Below, in pieces: positions 43,182 to 55,014 of a DNA stretch of 64,000 bases. Position numbers and translations under genes: made by a program. Below the pieces are notes generated by a model that saw only the letters and a program-made list of their open reading frames with translations, was not told the origin of the DNA and searched no databases. Source of the DNA: Macrostomum lignano (taxonomy: Eukaryota); NCBI GenBank assembly GCA_002269645.1, contig NIVC01000723.1, positions 248,001 to 312,000 of the forward strand. Direction: 5' to 3'. Each line of letters begins with the position of its first letter. Within the stretch, counting starts at the first letter, position 1.

Positions 43182-43775
43182 ATGGCTAATGCCAACGACG
43201 CAATTGCTAGGTTAGCTGAGGAGCTGTCAAAGAAGCTAGGATTAGGAATGGAGAAGCAAGTAGAGATTGAGAAGTACACACCTGACAAAAATATCAGACA
43301 GTGGATCAATGCATTCGAGCAGCAATGCAGGATGCAAGGACTGAATGGAGAAAAACGAAAAGTAGCTCTTTTCGCCAATCTGGATATCCCAGAAGAATTG
43401 AAGCGGAGGATGAGCCATAGACAAGACCAGCAGCACTATCAAGACATTAGGCGACAAGTTATTGAGCAGTTCGAAAGGAAGCAGCAGAAGCAGGAGGAGA
43501 ATGGAGTCCAAGCCCTAGTCGAGTGCTTGATGACCCTAACGGCCATTCTGACAAATGTGAACTTAGGGCTAAACCCAAAGCAGCAGCAGCAGCAGTACAA
43601 ATATCAGATGACGCCAAAGCCGCGCCCGCCGCACAGATTCAGTGGCGCCAGACCAGAACCAAAGCCCGGCCACTGCTTTTTCTGTGGTCAGCCAGGATCA
43701 ATCAGGCCACAGGCAGGTCATAAATGCAGAGTAAACTTGGGAGAAGCCAGACAGCGAGCTCAGGAGAATGGATAA
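43182..43775 (+). CDS. gag: Gag-like protein of the LTR element
   Basis: First ORF after the PBS. Gag-type N-terminus (YTPDKNIRQWINAFEQQC) and an incomplete zinc knuckle CFFCGQPG. Confidence 0.7.
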   Translation: MANANDAIARLAEELSKKLGLGMEKQVEIEKYTPDKNIRQWINAFEQQCRMQGLNGEKRKVALFANLDIPEELKRRMSHRQDQQHYQDIRRQVIEQFERKQQKQEENGVQALVECLMTLTAILTNVNLGLNPKQQQQQYKYQMTPKPRPPHRFSGARPEPKPGHCFFCGQPGSIRPQAGHKCRVNLGEARQRAQENG

Positions 43776-45180
43776 TGGTAATTTTCTGTAAGCACGATTC
43801 GATTAAGCTAAGAAAATTGTACATAATATTCATAAAAAACATAAAAATTTATAAAAAGCTTCGAAAAAGAAAATAAAAATGTTAAACATAGAACCGTACA
43901 ATATACATAATGCACATAATTGCCTAATGGAGCCCCAAAAGGGCCGTTTTAGCAAAATACCACTTATGTAAATCGCTAGCTCATTAAAATGTTTGACATA
44001 CATGATTATTATAGTACTGTATTATGTAAATACGTCACTATTGCACAAAATTGCTTGAAGTAAATAGCTCAGGAAGGTTCTCTTAACAAAATACTGTATA
44101 GAAGCCTCAGAAGGGCCGTTTTACCGAAGTTTTCGAGTAGACTCTTAGCATATATGAAATAACTAGAATTAGCACTGTGTAACTGTGTAAATATTCTCTA
44201 TGCAAATAGCACACTAAATTACGCAAAATTAAGTCTCCAGAAGAGCCATAAAGAATTAGGTGACCCCGAAAAGGGCCGTTTTGACAAAGAAAATTCAGAA
44301 AATCAACAAAAACAGGTTTAATTCGGTTAGTTAGGCTGCTCAGAAAGTAAGATAGGAAGTCTACAATAAGAGTCGGAGTAGTGAGAAGCTCTGTGAAGAA
44401 GAAATAATTAAAGAATTAATGTAATAAACTCTGACAATAGGCAGTAGAGAGAAGAGAATACAGGACGCTGAGAAGTTGAATTGAAGAAGAAGACGAGAAT
44501 TTGAGAGGAATCGAGAATTAGAGAAGAAAAGGTGTGCTAAAAGCAAGAGGTAGACTAAAGACTTTTTGTCGCCATCGAGTGACGTAGTCTAGCCGCACCC
44601 TCAAGCGCTAATAGACACCAAGTAGAAGAGAATCAAGAGTAGTCGAGAAGCGAATTTGAAGAAGTGAATTCAAGAGAAGAATTCGAAGAAAAATCAAGAA
44701 GAAGTACATAAGCAAAGTCAAAGAAGTGAACCAGAAGAATTGAGAGTTTGATAAAGCGAGGAGAAAAATTGTGAGAAAAAGCCAAGAAAAATCCGATCAG
44801 CTATCTCATGGTGTCCCTCTTTAGATCAGATATCATTGCTGTCTAAATGGATGCGATAGTCTGTGAAGAACAAAAATAAGAGAGATGAGAAAAAAAGAAG
44901 AATTTGTCAGAGAAAAATTTAATTAAGAAAGAAGGAAAACTTTTCGATCCCGCTTAGAAAGGCTCGGCACAGCCATTTTAAAGCCCTTTCTCAAGGATCC
45001 TGAAAATTGGAAAAGAGAAATATGAGAGATGGAATACTGGAAGGAGTGCTCACTGTTCTTTTGGAGGAAGCAAGGTAGTCCAATGACAGCCAATTTTAGC
45101 CCATTCCTGAGGACATAGCAATTTCGGAAAGTAAAGGCTTGAAACCAAACTAATCCAATAATTACATAACTTACTAACTA

Positions 45181-45411
45181 GAGAATGAGATAGAACCAAC
45201 CGAAGAAGAATTTGAGCATGAAGATGAGTCAACAGATAGTGAGAAGACTGAGCCAGCCGAAACAGATGACGCATTAGAATTAGATAGGAGAGAAAGAAAT
45301 GAAGACGAAAGGATTGAGCATAGGTCGCATTATAATTTGAGACCAAGAAGTGAGAGAATTGTCACCTCAGGATTCGCCCCCCGCAGGCGATACACCCATT
45401 ATCTGAAATGA
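45181..45411 (+). pseudogene. Relic of pol/integrase C-terminal tail
   Basis: Acidic stretch ending HYNLRPRSER..YTHYLK*, a motif commonly seen at the end of LTR-element pol. Stop codon just upstream. Confidence 0.45.
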
Positions 45412-45819
45412 TCGAATTTGTATCATACCAAGTATTAAATTGTAAATAGAATTTGCTTAAAATCAGAAAAATTGCTCTGTATATAGAAATCTGTTGTAAA
45501 TAATAAAAATTGACAAAATATAAAAAGTTTAAAAATATAAAAACACAAAAACATTGCGCATTACTAGTAGTAGAAATGAGAGAATTGTGTGAAGAAATCC
45601 GAAGTCAATAAATAATCCTAGCAACGCTTAGCAACGGTGCGCTGCTCTGAACCAATGAGCGAGCCCGTTCGAAATTTGCTAAACCCCCTCTCGAGCGAAC
45701 ACGAAGATGCGGTCCAGTTTTTCGAATACATTATGAAAACACGAGCCAACCCAAGGAATCATATTAGTTCTCACTGTAAGCTTAAAGATTACAAACCATC
45801 AAGTCTGACAAGCCCAGCC

Positions 45820-46704
45820 ATGGAAGACGAGAATATCGACGATTTCCTGAAGGCTCTGCTCGACGAAGAGGTGCCGATCTCAACGCCGCCGCCGCAGGAA
45901 GCTTCAGCGGCCGCAGCTTCGTCAGCACCAACAACAGCCTCGTCAGCCGCCTCGTCGTCGGCAACCTCATCAGCGCCAACATCAGCAGCCCCGCCAGCAG
46001 CCCCCGAGGACGAAGCACCGCTCCGACAGCCGACTCGGCCCCGCGCTCTTGGCAGTTCGAACAAGCGGCCTCGAGAACCGTCGCCTGTCGCTTCAAATGC
46101 TCTGCAGTTACGCGTCGATGAGCCCCCGCATCAAAAGCGCGCCGCTGTCATCAGGGCTCAAGCAGCAGCACCCGTACAGCAGTACATGCCGCAGAACTGC
46201 CGAGCAGCCGCCGCAAGCCAGGAGAGGCGCACCGTGCAGCTGCCGACACCATCGACGGTACCGAAGCGAACGGCTCGTGGTCCACGACTGAGTGCAGCAC
46301 CGGCAGCCCCGGCACCAGCTCCGGCAGGATCGACAGTTGCCCAAGAACATCTCGAAAACACTCTGCGAGAGGCGATGCACGCTGTTCTGCGTCAGCATGG
46401 CGAGCAACTCGAGAAAATCGCCCACGCAATCCGCCAGTATCTCATGCGGATTGGCCGTCTTCGATTAGATCAGGCCTTGCCGCAGAGGTCTCAGGTTTGG
46501 ACAGCGATCAGGGCTCTGCGAGACCGTCTCGAGCAACGGCAGGCTGTCACGGTACTGCAGTACATCGCCCTCGGCCTCCGCCGTGCCATGCCTCCAAGTG
46601 ACGAGACTGTCCAACATCAGCTGCTCGCAGTTGAAATGCGCTGGCTGTTTGCCCAACTCGGCTGGCCATACTACCGAGAACTGCCTGACCCATGCAATTT
46701 TTAA
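45820..46704 (+). CDS. Orphan 294-aa ORF carried by the LTR element
   Basis: ATG at 45820 in good context (GCCATGG). GC-rich and uninterrupted. Acidic N-terminus, Ala/Pro/Ser-rich linker, predicted helical C-terminal domain. No family recognised. Confidence 0.7.
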   Translation: MEDENIDDFLKALLDEEVPISTPPPQEASAAAASSAPTTASSAASSSATSSAPTSAAPPAAPEDEAPLRQPTRPRALGSSNKRPREPSPVASNALQLRVDEPPHQKRAAVIRAQAAAPVQQYMPQNCRAAAASQERRTVQLPTPSTVPKRTARGPRLSAAPAAPAPAPAGSTVAQEHLENTLREAMHAVLRQHGEQLEKIAHAIRQYLMRIGRLRLDQALPQRSQVWTAIRALRDRLEQRQAVTVLQYIALGLRRAMPPSDETVQHQLLAVEMRWLFAQLGWPYYRELPDPCNF

Positions 46705-49700
46705 GTATGCTTTCTTTTTAACTTTTTCTACTTTTACTACCTGTTTGCTATGCAGCTTTTAGTTTTATATCTTGCTTGTTTGCATTAGTCTAATAATTTT
46801 TCTGATAGCTTCATTTTTATATAGTTTTACATTATGTAAATATTCATTGCCTACATATGCTATATTCTCAATGTTTGCCTTATAACTAAGCAGCCTTTGT
46901 TTGCCTGTATGCTTGTGTTTTTCTAATTGTGCTCTATTAATTGCATTTTTGACTATTTTTCTAAAAAGTTTGTCTGTTTTATTTTTATCTTGTGCTACAT
47001 TTATAGTTTTATATTGCATACGCTAATTTCTTGTATTTGTTTCTATGCTGTTGTGTTCTACATGCTAAATAAATTTTCACTCAAATATTCAATATTTTTA
47101 TTCAAATTTATTTTTTAAGGGTGAGCAGGTTGTGCAAGCGCTTAATGCTACTAATAGTAATAATAATAGTTTTTGTAAATAAATTTGTCAATAATAATTT
47201 CGAGTTTTACCACTCAAGAATAGTATTCACATATTATTTGTTTTAATCTTCTAACGTTTAATAATAATATTCATGTAAAAATTGTATGTATTTTTAAACC
47301 GAAAACTAATTTTAGCCCTATTTGTTTTAATACTGCATATATCAAAATTAATATTGATCAAGTCTCAAAATAGTATAAATAGACGGGATCTGGCCAGAGA
47401 GCCACCAACTGGCTGATTGCTTGTTCCTAAATTAGTCTCAAGTCTCGCTACTTGTTGAGCCTTAAACTGTTACTTAGAAATCTTTTCAAGACTTAGTAAA
47501 TTTTTCGATTCAAAGAGTGAAGTGGAAGTTAATCATATCACAGATACTACTGATACTCAGAATACCAAGGAGATTGAAGTAAAACAAAGTAGATCTCGGG
47601 AATACATATACAGTATTGAGAAGGCCGTGACCCTCTAATCTCGGGAACGCCTAAACGACTGGACTAGACGATCAGACACTTAAATAACTACAAAAGAATT
47701 ACAAGGAAGATCATTCTGAGAAATACATTCCAGGCCAATAGTAGACCACTCGGCATATACTAAGAACGCTACCAATACATATACTAAGAACGCTACCAAT
47801 AGAAGTAGATACTTAGACTAATCCTTAGACATATACCTAGACTTATTCTTAGACTTATACTTAGACTGATACTTAAAGACTTATACTCAGACCTATTCTA
47901 AGAAACATTTCTCAGATTATTCTAATATTGATAAACTCATAATTTATTAATCGAATAATCTTGGTGGCAGCTACCAACCTAAGAAGAACACTTAAGAGAT
48001 TAGTAAATTAGCCCTGTGACAGCTTTTGGTGACAGTGTGAAATTATTATTAGAGACAGAAGTAACCCCTAGGACAACTTTGGTGGCAGCGGTGGGATTCT
48101 CAGTGTATAGGAATCACCACTGTTACACTAAAAATAAACTACTTTCTACTACATATACATGTATTACTTTTTGCTTAAGCAGTAAATTGAAAGTAAAAAA
48201 GTAAGTGTTGATCATACTAGGCCTAAACTTTGTTTTTCTGAATTATGATTTTGGAAAATTTTAATTTTGATTTTAGAAAGTTAGCAAATTTTGATTTCGA
48301 CAAAACTGCAGATCTTTCGGAACATCTCTAATAATCCTAAAGCGCGGTAAAATAGTTTGACAAGCGTGCGTCTGCAGGTTTTTAACATTTATTCTAATAG
48401 TGACTTGTATCTTAACATTTTAAAATTTTTTACTGTTGAAAATTTGTTCGATCAACTCTCGATAAAAAAACTGCACCAGATTGTTACTGTAAAAGTTGGT
48501 GAAAAACAAAAAAGTAAAATGTGGTACAACTGGCAAGTTGAATTCTCGCAAAGTAATTATTGGACAATAAAGTTTAATAAATTTACTTATTAAAATATGT
48601 ATCACGTAAGTTAAAGTTAAAGTGCATCCAATGGCACCCAGTTGATGAAAATTCCACATTTCTCATTGGTAGTTGATGAAGATTCAATTTTTCCTATTGG
48701 CAGTTGACAAACATTCCAACTACCAATTAATTTTTGTCAACTCTCAGTTAACAAAAAAAAGTTGACAGAAATACTAGGATCCATATAGAATTTTATAAAT
48801 GGGATTGGGAGAGCACTATATCTAGGCAATATATAAATGCCCTTGCCCTTAGCTCAAAAGGCTATATAACTTATACTTAAACTAAATAGATAGAAGTAGA
48901 TATCAATATAACAAAAAAAATTACTTTAGCAAACAAAATAAAGCTTATTTTCTTAAATTAAGCTTGTGCAGTTGTAGTTTAGCCATACCAAACCCTTAAA
49001 AAACATTAGCATGCTTTTTGGACTAAAAAAATAAAAAATCTTAAGATGCAATTTAGCAAATTAGGTTCAATAGACATATTTATGAAGACTGAATCCTAAA
49101 TTGTCAATACTACCAAGGTGAGATCTCAATATTATAGGATAAGGAACATTGATGATTTTTCTCAATATACAGCCAGCTAAGTATAATTGGGCAACTATTA
49201 TCATTTCATTCATTCCATTTAAATCAATAATATGCTACCCAATAAAAAAGATCAATGTTTTTTTGGCAATTTTTCTATAGCTCAAATAAGCCAAGTAGGC
49301 TCCAATTGAGTATATTGCTCTAGTCAATGCTAGAAGCCCAAAAAATATAATACTAGGACTTAAATCCCTATCTAGGACTTAAATCCCTATCTAGTCCTTA
49401 TAGTAAAAAGTTGTAAAACCATGGACAATGTCTGGTGCACTTTTAAAATTTTTCTGAAGTGTAGTGCCTGCATAGGCACGCAGCGCCTACACGCATGCTA
49501 CCCTTTCCTGCTGGGTGCTGCTCTAGCTAATACCTAATACCTTTGTGGAAAGGGCCTATACACTCGTAATTTCTCGTATAATGCTTAGATGTTCCAAAAT
49601 TTGGAATTTTTAAGTGAATTTTAAATTTTGAAAAAAATTGGAAGTCAAAATTTTGGAAGTTTGTAAAAGAGTAGCTAAAAATAAACTAATTTATGCTATA

Positions 49701-51883
49701 TATACATGTATTTTGTTTTGCATAGGCAGTAAATCTAGAGTAAAAAAGTTAGTTTTGGTCATACTAAACTTTGTTTTCCTGAATTTTGATTTTGAAAAAT
49801 TTTAATTATGATTTTGGAAAGTTAGCAAATTTTGAATTCAACAGAAAATAATCCTAAAGTGTGGTAAAATAATTTGACTCTTTTTCTAAAGTGCGCATCC
49901 CTGAGTTTTCAACATTTATTCCAATAGGGGTACTTGTAATAATATCACACTGCTTATAGTGTTTGTCTATCTATTTGTAATTAAACTTAGTACAAGTTGT
50001 TAGTCCAACTGTTGGTCCCAGACTCCAAGGTGTGTAGGAGACATGCACTCCATTTTTATACATACCCATTTGAAAATGTGTTCTTTGACAAGGTTAAAAC
50101 AAAACAATTTAATTTGAATAGCAAAATCTAATGACAATAATGTTAAATTTCAATGAACACTACAGCTTTCTTTAAACTTTAGCATTCACAAAACTGGTTA
50201 TTTCCTAACTGACTACTTGCTTAATTGGCTGTTACCAAATTCTAACAGCCAATTTCCAAGTGCTTTAACTTTGATTATTAAGTCTAAAAGACCATTTTTT
50301 ATAACTTTAGGTTGTCTATTAGGTTCTAGTTTGTTAATGATTTATAACTAATTGCATATATGTTTCAGTATAGGCATCTTTCATAAAAAGTATTATTGAC
50401 CACTAACCAGCCAGACAAAATGTAAGGCATGCAATAGTTTGGCAAATAGCAAGCAAGAGGCAATAATAGAAAGTGGCCTCTAGCCAGGCAATAACTATTT
50501 ATTTATAGACAACAGCATTAGCAAACAATGTACATTAGCAATAATATTTAATTCTAAGGTTAAAAATGTGGAAATAGAAAAAGATAGTTTAAAATAAATT
50601 AAAAATAAACCAAAAAATGTAGACAAATAACTTAATAAGCAACATTATAAATTGAGCCAGTTGCACCATGAGACAGCTCACTAAAACAGAGCTGAGACAC
50701 TATTAGCAAAATTTTTAGCAGCCTCAGCTGCCTAATAAAACTAAGAGAAGTAACACTGCATAGCCCCACTCCTCTTAGTCACTAATGTGCATGATGTCAG
50801 ACACTAGGAGGCCAAGCACGGATAACTAGGTGGCTCCTCTATATAGACTATGTATATGCATGGAATAAAGTTTTTATTGAAGGCCTCTTAGTTAGCAAGT
50901 GTGAGCTGCCACTTCTATCAGTGTAAGATCAGAATGGTAATTCCATTAACTGCAATCAAGTGCAGATGTGTCACTTGACTGCACTCACCAGACACAAGGC
51001 TAGCCCCCATGTCAATCTTAGCAGCAGTACCATGTGTTTTGAACTAGACTTGTACTTTGAGTCTTTATACTTTGTGTTTGTTAGGTCGGCTTATATTTTT
51101 GCTTTGACTCAATTAAATATCATTTATTTTGTTAAGTTGATCTATTTGTTTTTTATTTTGAAGTTTATCATACAAGTGTATTATTAAATAATTTATTAGC
51201 TATATATAAATGCCCAACACTTGTCTGACCTGTCCAAACCAGACAGGTGAAATGGCAAATAGCAGATGGAAAATGGAAAAAAGTGTAAAAGGAAAAATTG
51301 CAGGAAGAAAAAAAGGAGAAGAGAAAATAAAAAGAAAGGAAGGAGACAAGAGAGAGGGGAAAGAGGAGAGAGAAAGAGAAAAAAAGAGAAAGGCAAGAAA
51401 AGTCATATACAAAGTGAAAATTAAGTTGCAATCGAGAGGAACTAAGTTGCAAATCTAGACAAATCTAAGTTGCACCAGGTGGGTGAAATTTCGAGGTTGG
51501 GCATGTATGAGGCTATGTAAGGCATATATCCTAGAAGGCTTAGTAGGTAAATGAAAGGCATTTAATACACTTAGAAATATATGTTTAGTTTCTTATATAT
51601 AAAAAACTAATAGTCAAAAGTAATTTTAATAATCCTGAGAGCTCCTGAGATATTAAAAGAAAAGGGGGTGTATCAGTATAAGCCATAAGTTAAAATGCTG
51701 CAGGTATATGTGATAGTTGTGTTCCAAGTCAATGGCAGCCTAAACTCAAAGCTAATATAGTGGTACCATTGAAGAGGCAAGAGTCCTACATGGAGAGGCA
51801 AACTGGTTCAAGTACCAATAAAAAACCTGCCTCCCCCAAGATGTCCCAGAGCCACGAGTTGAAAATGTTAAGTCACTGGAAGC

Positions 51884-52240
51884 CTGGTGGTCATAGTCTG
51901 CCACACCGCTACCTACCTACCGCCAGCCTAGTGGGTTGCAGCCTAGTGGTTAGAGCGTCGGACCTACAACTGGAAGGTCGGGGGTTCGATTCTTGACCCA
52001 CTCGGAACAATTTGTGTCCTTGAGCAAGACACTTAACTCTGCATTGCTTCAGTTCACCCAGCTGTAAAATGGGTGCCAGCATTAGCTGGGGTAATTGAGG
52101 GTGTGTGTGGCGACCCCTCAGTCCTTGGACTGAACAGCCGTACGCAGCCTTCAGATGCGCCGCGCAATAGCTGCGGCTGAGCTGTCGGTTGCACATACCC
52201 ATTGGGGCGCCAGGTGTAATCAATTATTATTATTATATTA
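51884..52240 (+). mobile_element. tRNA-derived CORE-like SINE, copy 3, with 16-bp TSD
   Basis: Head TAGTGGTTAGAGCG...GGTTCGATTC, body GTGTCCTTGAGCAAGACACTTAAC...CTTCAGTTCACCCAGCTGTAAAATGGG, (ATT)n tail. Flanked by TTAAGTCACTGGAAGC at 51868-51883 and 52241-52256. Confidence 0.9.
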
Positions 52241-52410
52241 TTAAGTCACTGGAAGCACTCAACGCCGCGTTGACCTACAGTCTGCAATTACTAGTTTTGT
52301 TAGTATCTGTGGATTAGGGTTAGGGTTTAGGTTAGGTTTAGGGCCAAGGTTGGCTACCAATTGTTGTCAACCAAATAAGGCACATTGACATTCCCTGCTT
52401 GCAATAATTC

Positions 52411-54850
52411 ATGTCTCAATTAACAGCTTCATCATCAGCTGCCGGCTTCGACATTGAAGTCGCAGCCGATGCAGGCGCAGAAATTCCAGTTCGCCTACTG
52501 GATGACCTGTGCAGCCGGTTCATTGTTAACCTGCCCAGTCACTACTTCACTAATGCTGTGAAACTGTTCTACGAGATTGAGCACGCCTATTGGTTCTATT
52601 TGGACAATCTGGTTGCTGAGCACAGTCTGAAGCCGATGAATATGTATCGATTCTCTGCTCTGGTGTTCCAGCACTGCAGCAAATTGGCCAGCTACACTTA
52701 CACCTGGCAGGCTCATTATGACGAATGGCGCAAGACCAAAGCTGAGACGCCAACCTGCGGCGCCGCCTTAATGAACTCAGATTTGGATCAGGTGCGATTT
52801 TTTTGTTTAGAAATATCATGGACTGTATTTTAGTAAATATCGCCTTTGAATTATATCCCGTTAGAAATGCCTTGAAAAAATCACTCCTGATGTCTGCCTC
52901 ATTAGAAATCGCCCCTGAACTCTCCACCTCATTAGAAATCGCCCCTTAACTCCCTGTCTCATTAGAAATCGCCCTTGAATTTTTTGCCTCATTAGAAATC
53001 GCCCCTGAACTCTCCACCTCATTAGAAATCGCCCCTGAACTCTCCACCTCATTAAAAATCGCCCCTGAACTCTTTGCCTCTTTAGAAATCGCCCTTGAAC
53101 TCTTTGTCTCATTAGAAATCGCCTCTGAACTCTCCACCTCATTAGAAATCGCCCTTGAACTCTTTGTCTCATTAGAAATCGCCTCTGAACTCTCCACCTC
53201 ATTAGAAATCGCCCTTGAACTCTTTGCCTCATTAGAAATCGCCTCTGAACTCTCCACCTCATTAGAAATCGCCCTTGAATTCTTTGCCTCATTAGAAATC
53301 GCCCTTGAATTCTTTGCCTCATTAGAAATCGCCCCCTGAACTCTTTGCCTCTTTAGAAATCGCCCTTGAACTCTTTGCCTCATTATAAATCGCCTCTGAA
53401 CTCTCCACCTCATTATAAATCGCCCTTGAACTCTTTGCCTCATTAGAAATCGCCTCTGAACTCTCCACCTCATTATAAATCGCCCTTGAACTCTTTGCCT
53501 CATTAGAAATCGCCTCTGAACTCTCCACCTCATTAGAAATCGCCCTTGAATTCTTTGCCTCATTAGAAATCGCCTTTGAACTCTTTGTCTCATTAGAAAT
53601 CGCCCTGAACTCTCCACATCTAGAAATCGCCCCTGAACTCCCTGTCTCATTAGAAATCGCACCAACTGCAATCTGAGCCGCACCCCTCTCACCCCCAGGT
53701 GGTGCTTGTCAAAGGCTTCACGCCCGGCTGGATGTTCCCGCGCGGCAAAATCAACGATCGCGAGGCTAAAGCAAAATTCTATCCGCAGGCCGCTGCCAGA
53801 GAAGTTCTGGAGGAGACCGGGTTTGACATTGGGCCGATACTGGACCCCGAGCTCTACATTGAACGGGTGGTGGGCTCGGCTCTGTCTAGGCTCTACTTAG
53901 TACCCGACGTGCCAATGGATTTCAAATTCAAACCGGAAACTCGAAACGAAATCGAAGCGATTCTGTGGTTCCGGCTGTCCGACCTGCCAACCAGCCGATC
54001 GGACGAGGACTGCGCCAGGCGGATCGCTTTAAAGTCGAAAGATTTCTTTCTAGTGATACCGTTTGTGTCTCAGCTGCGCCGTTGGGCCGCGCTGGTCCGC
54101 CAGGGCGGCTTAAGCCGGGTTGCGGCTCTGAGGAAGTCTGAGAATTCGTCTGTGCAGCAGCAGCAGCATCCGCCTCCGCTGATGCTTCAAGCTTCTGCAG
54201 CTGCCCAGCAACATCAGAAGCGATCTCAACAGCAGCGCAAGAATTCTAGATCTTCAGCTGCCGCTGCTGGCTCTGGCGATGCCGCGGCCGCTCCGTTGCC
54301 TGTCAATAATACTACTACTACAACTACTACTAACAGTAGTAATAATAATAATAATAAAGAAAATGGCGGGGGAGGCAGGCGCGGTGGAAAACAGAAACGT
54401 GGTGGTGGCGGTGGCGGCGGAGGTCGCGGCCGAACGCCTTCAACTTCCGCCGCTGCTGTTGCTGCAGATTCAGCCGCATCATCCAACGCTGCGGCAGCCA
54501 CAGCCGCATCATCCAACGCTGCGGCAGCCACAGCCGCATCTCTGGGCCTGTCCCATCCAGTTGTCAAGTCTCCGTCGGGCATTCTAACCGTCCCTGATGC
54601 CGATTCTATGAGTTTTCAAGAGTTGAACACGCTGGCTTTAGAGGCCGCTAGACTGGGACTGCCATTGCAAATCTATCAGGATTATGAGCCCAGTCCCAAT
54701 CGAAGCAATGGTCGAAGTAATGGGCAGCAGCCGCAACAACAGCAGCAGCAGCAACAGCCACAGCAGCAAGCTGTGTCGCGTTTCAGTTCGTCTGCCTGGT
54801 CGAATTTCCGACTGGATATGGGCGCCCTGCATCGCACGCTGCCGACTTAG
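52411..54850 (+). CDS. DCP2: mRNA-decapping enzyme 2 (Nudix)
   Basis: Exons 52411-52791 and 53699-54850 (phase 0). Box A LDDLCSRFIVNLP and EIEHAYWFYLD, then TCGAALMN, GWMFPRGK, AREVLEETGFDI, and a low-complexity C-terminal tail. Confidence 0.93.
52880..53662. repeat. Intronic minisatellite, 30 bp unit CTCATTAGAAATCGCCCCTGAACTCTCCAC
   Basis: Fills most of the Dcp2 intron. Confidence 0.92.
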
Positions 54851-55014
54851 GGCTAAATTGTTCTGGATGGATGGATGATCGATGGAAATGCTATGACAAA
54901 TACTGATTGATTGAATGACAGCTGGAAGATTGGGATAATTGGTCCTTATAGAATCGCGGAATAGAGGAATGGAGATTAAGGATCCCCCGAGAGCATGACC
55001 GTGTTATTTAGAAT

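Larger units (their letters stand above)
42047..48127 (+). mobile_element. Young non-autonomous Gypsy-like LTR retrotransposon
   Basis: LTRs 42047-43043 and 47131-48127 (997 bp each, TG...CA, no mismatch noticed by eye). 4-bp TSD CTAA. PBS TGGTGGCAGCGGTGGGAT at 43047-43064, complementary to a tRNA-Leu 3' end. Purine tract before the 3' LTR. No RT, RNase H or integrase core. Confidence 0.93.
41930..48330. mobile_element. AT-rich MITE-like element (TIR TAGAGATGTTCCGAAA) split by the LTR element
   Basis: TAGAGATGTTCCGAAA at 41930 and TTTCGGAACATCTCTA ending at 48330. A related uninterrupted copy lies at ~49585-49850. Confidence 0.65.

Noticed and set aside
45820-46704. Env gene of an errantivirus-like element
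   Set aside because: No signal peptide, furin site/fusion peptide pattern or transmembrane anchor is visible.
51168-51458. Lys/Glu-rich and Phe/Leu-rich short ORFs
   Set aside because: Low-complexity purine tract with no domain or splice support.
51925-52005. tRNA gene (also at ~23850-23925 and ~34110-34180)
   Set aside because: A and B boxes continue into a shared SINE body with an (ATT)n tail and TSD; these are SINE heads.
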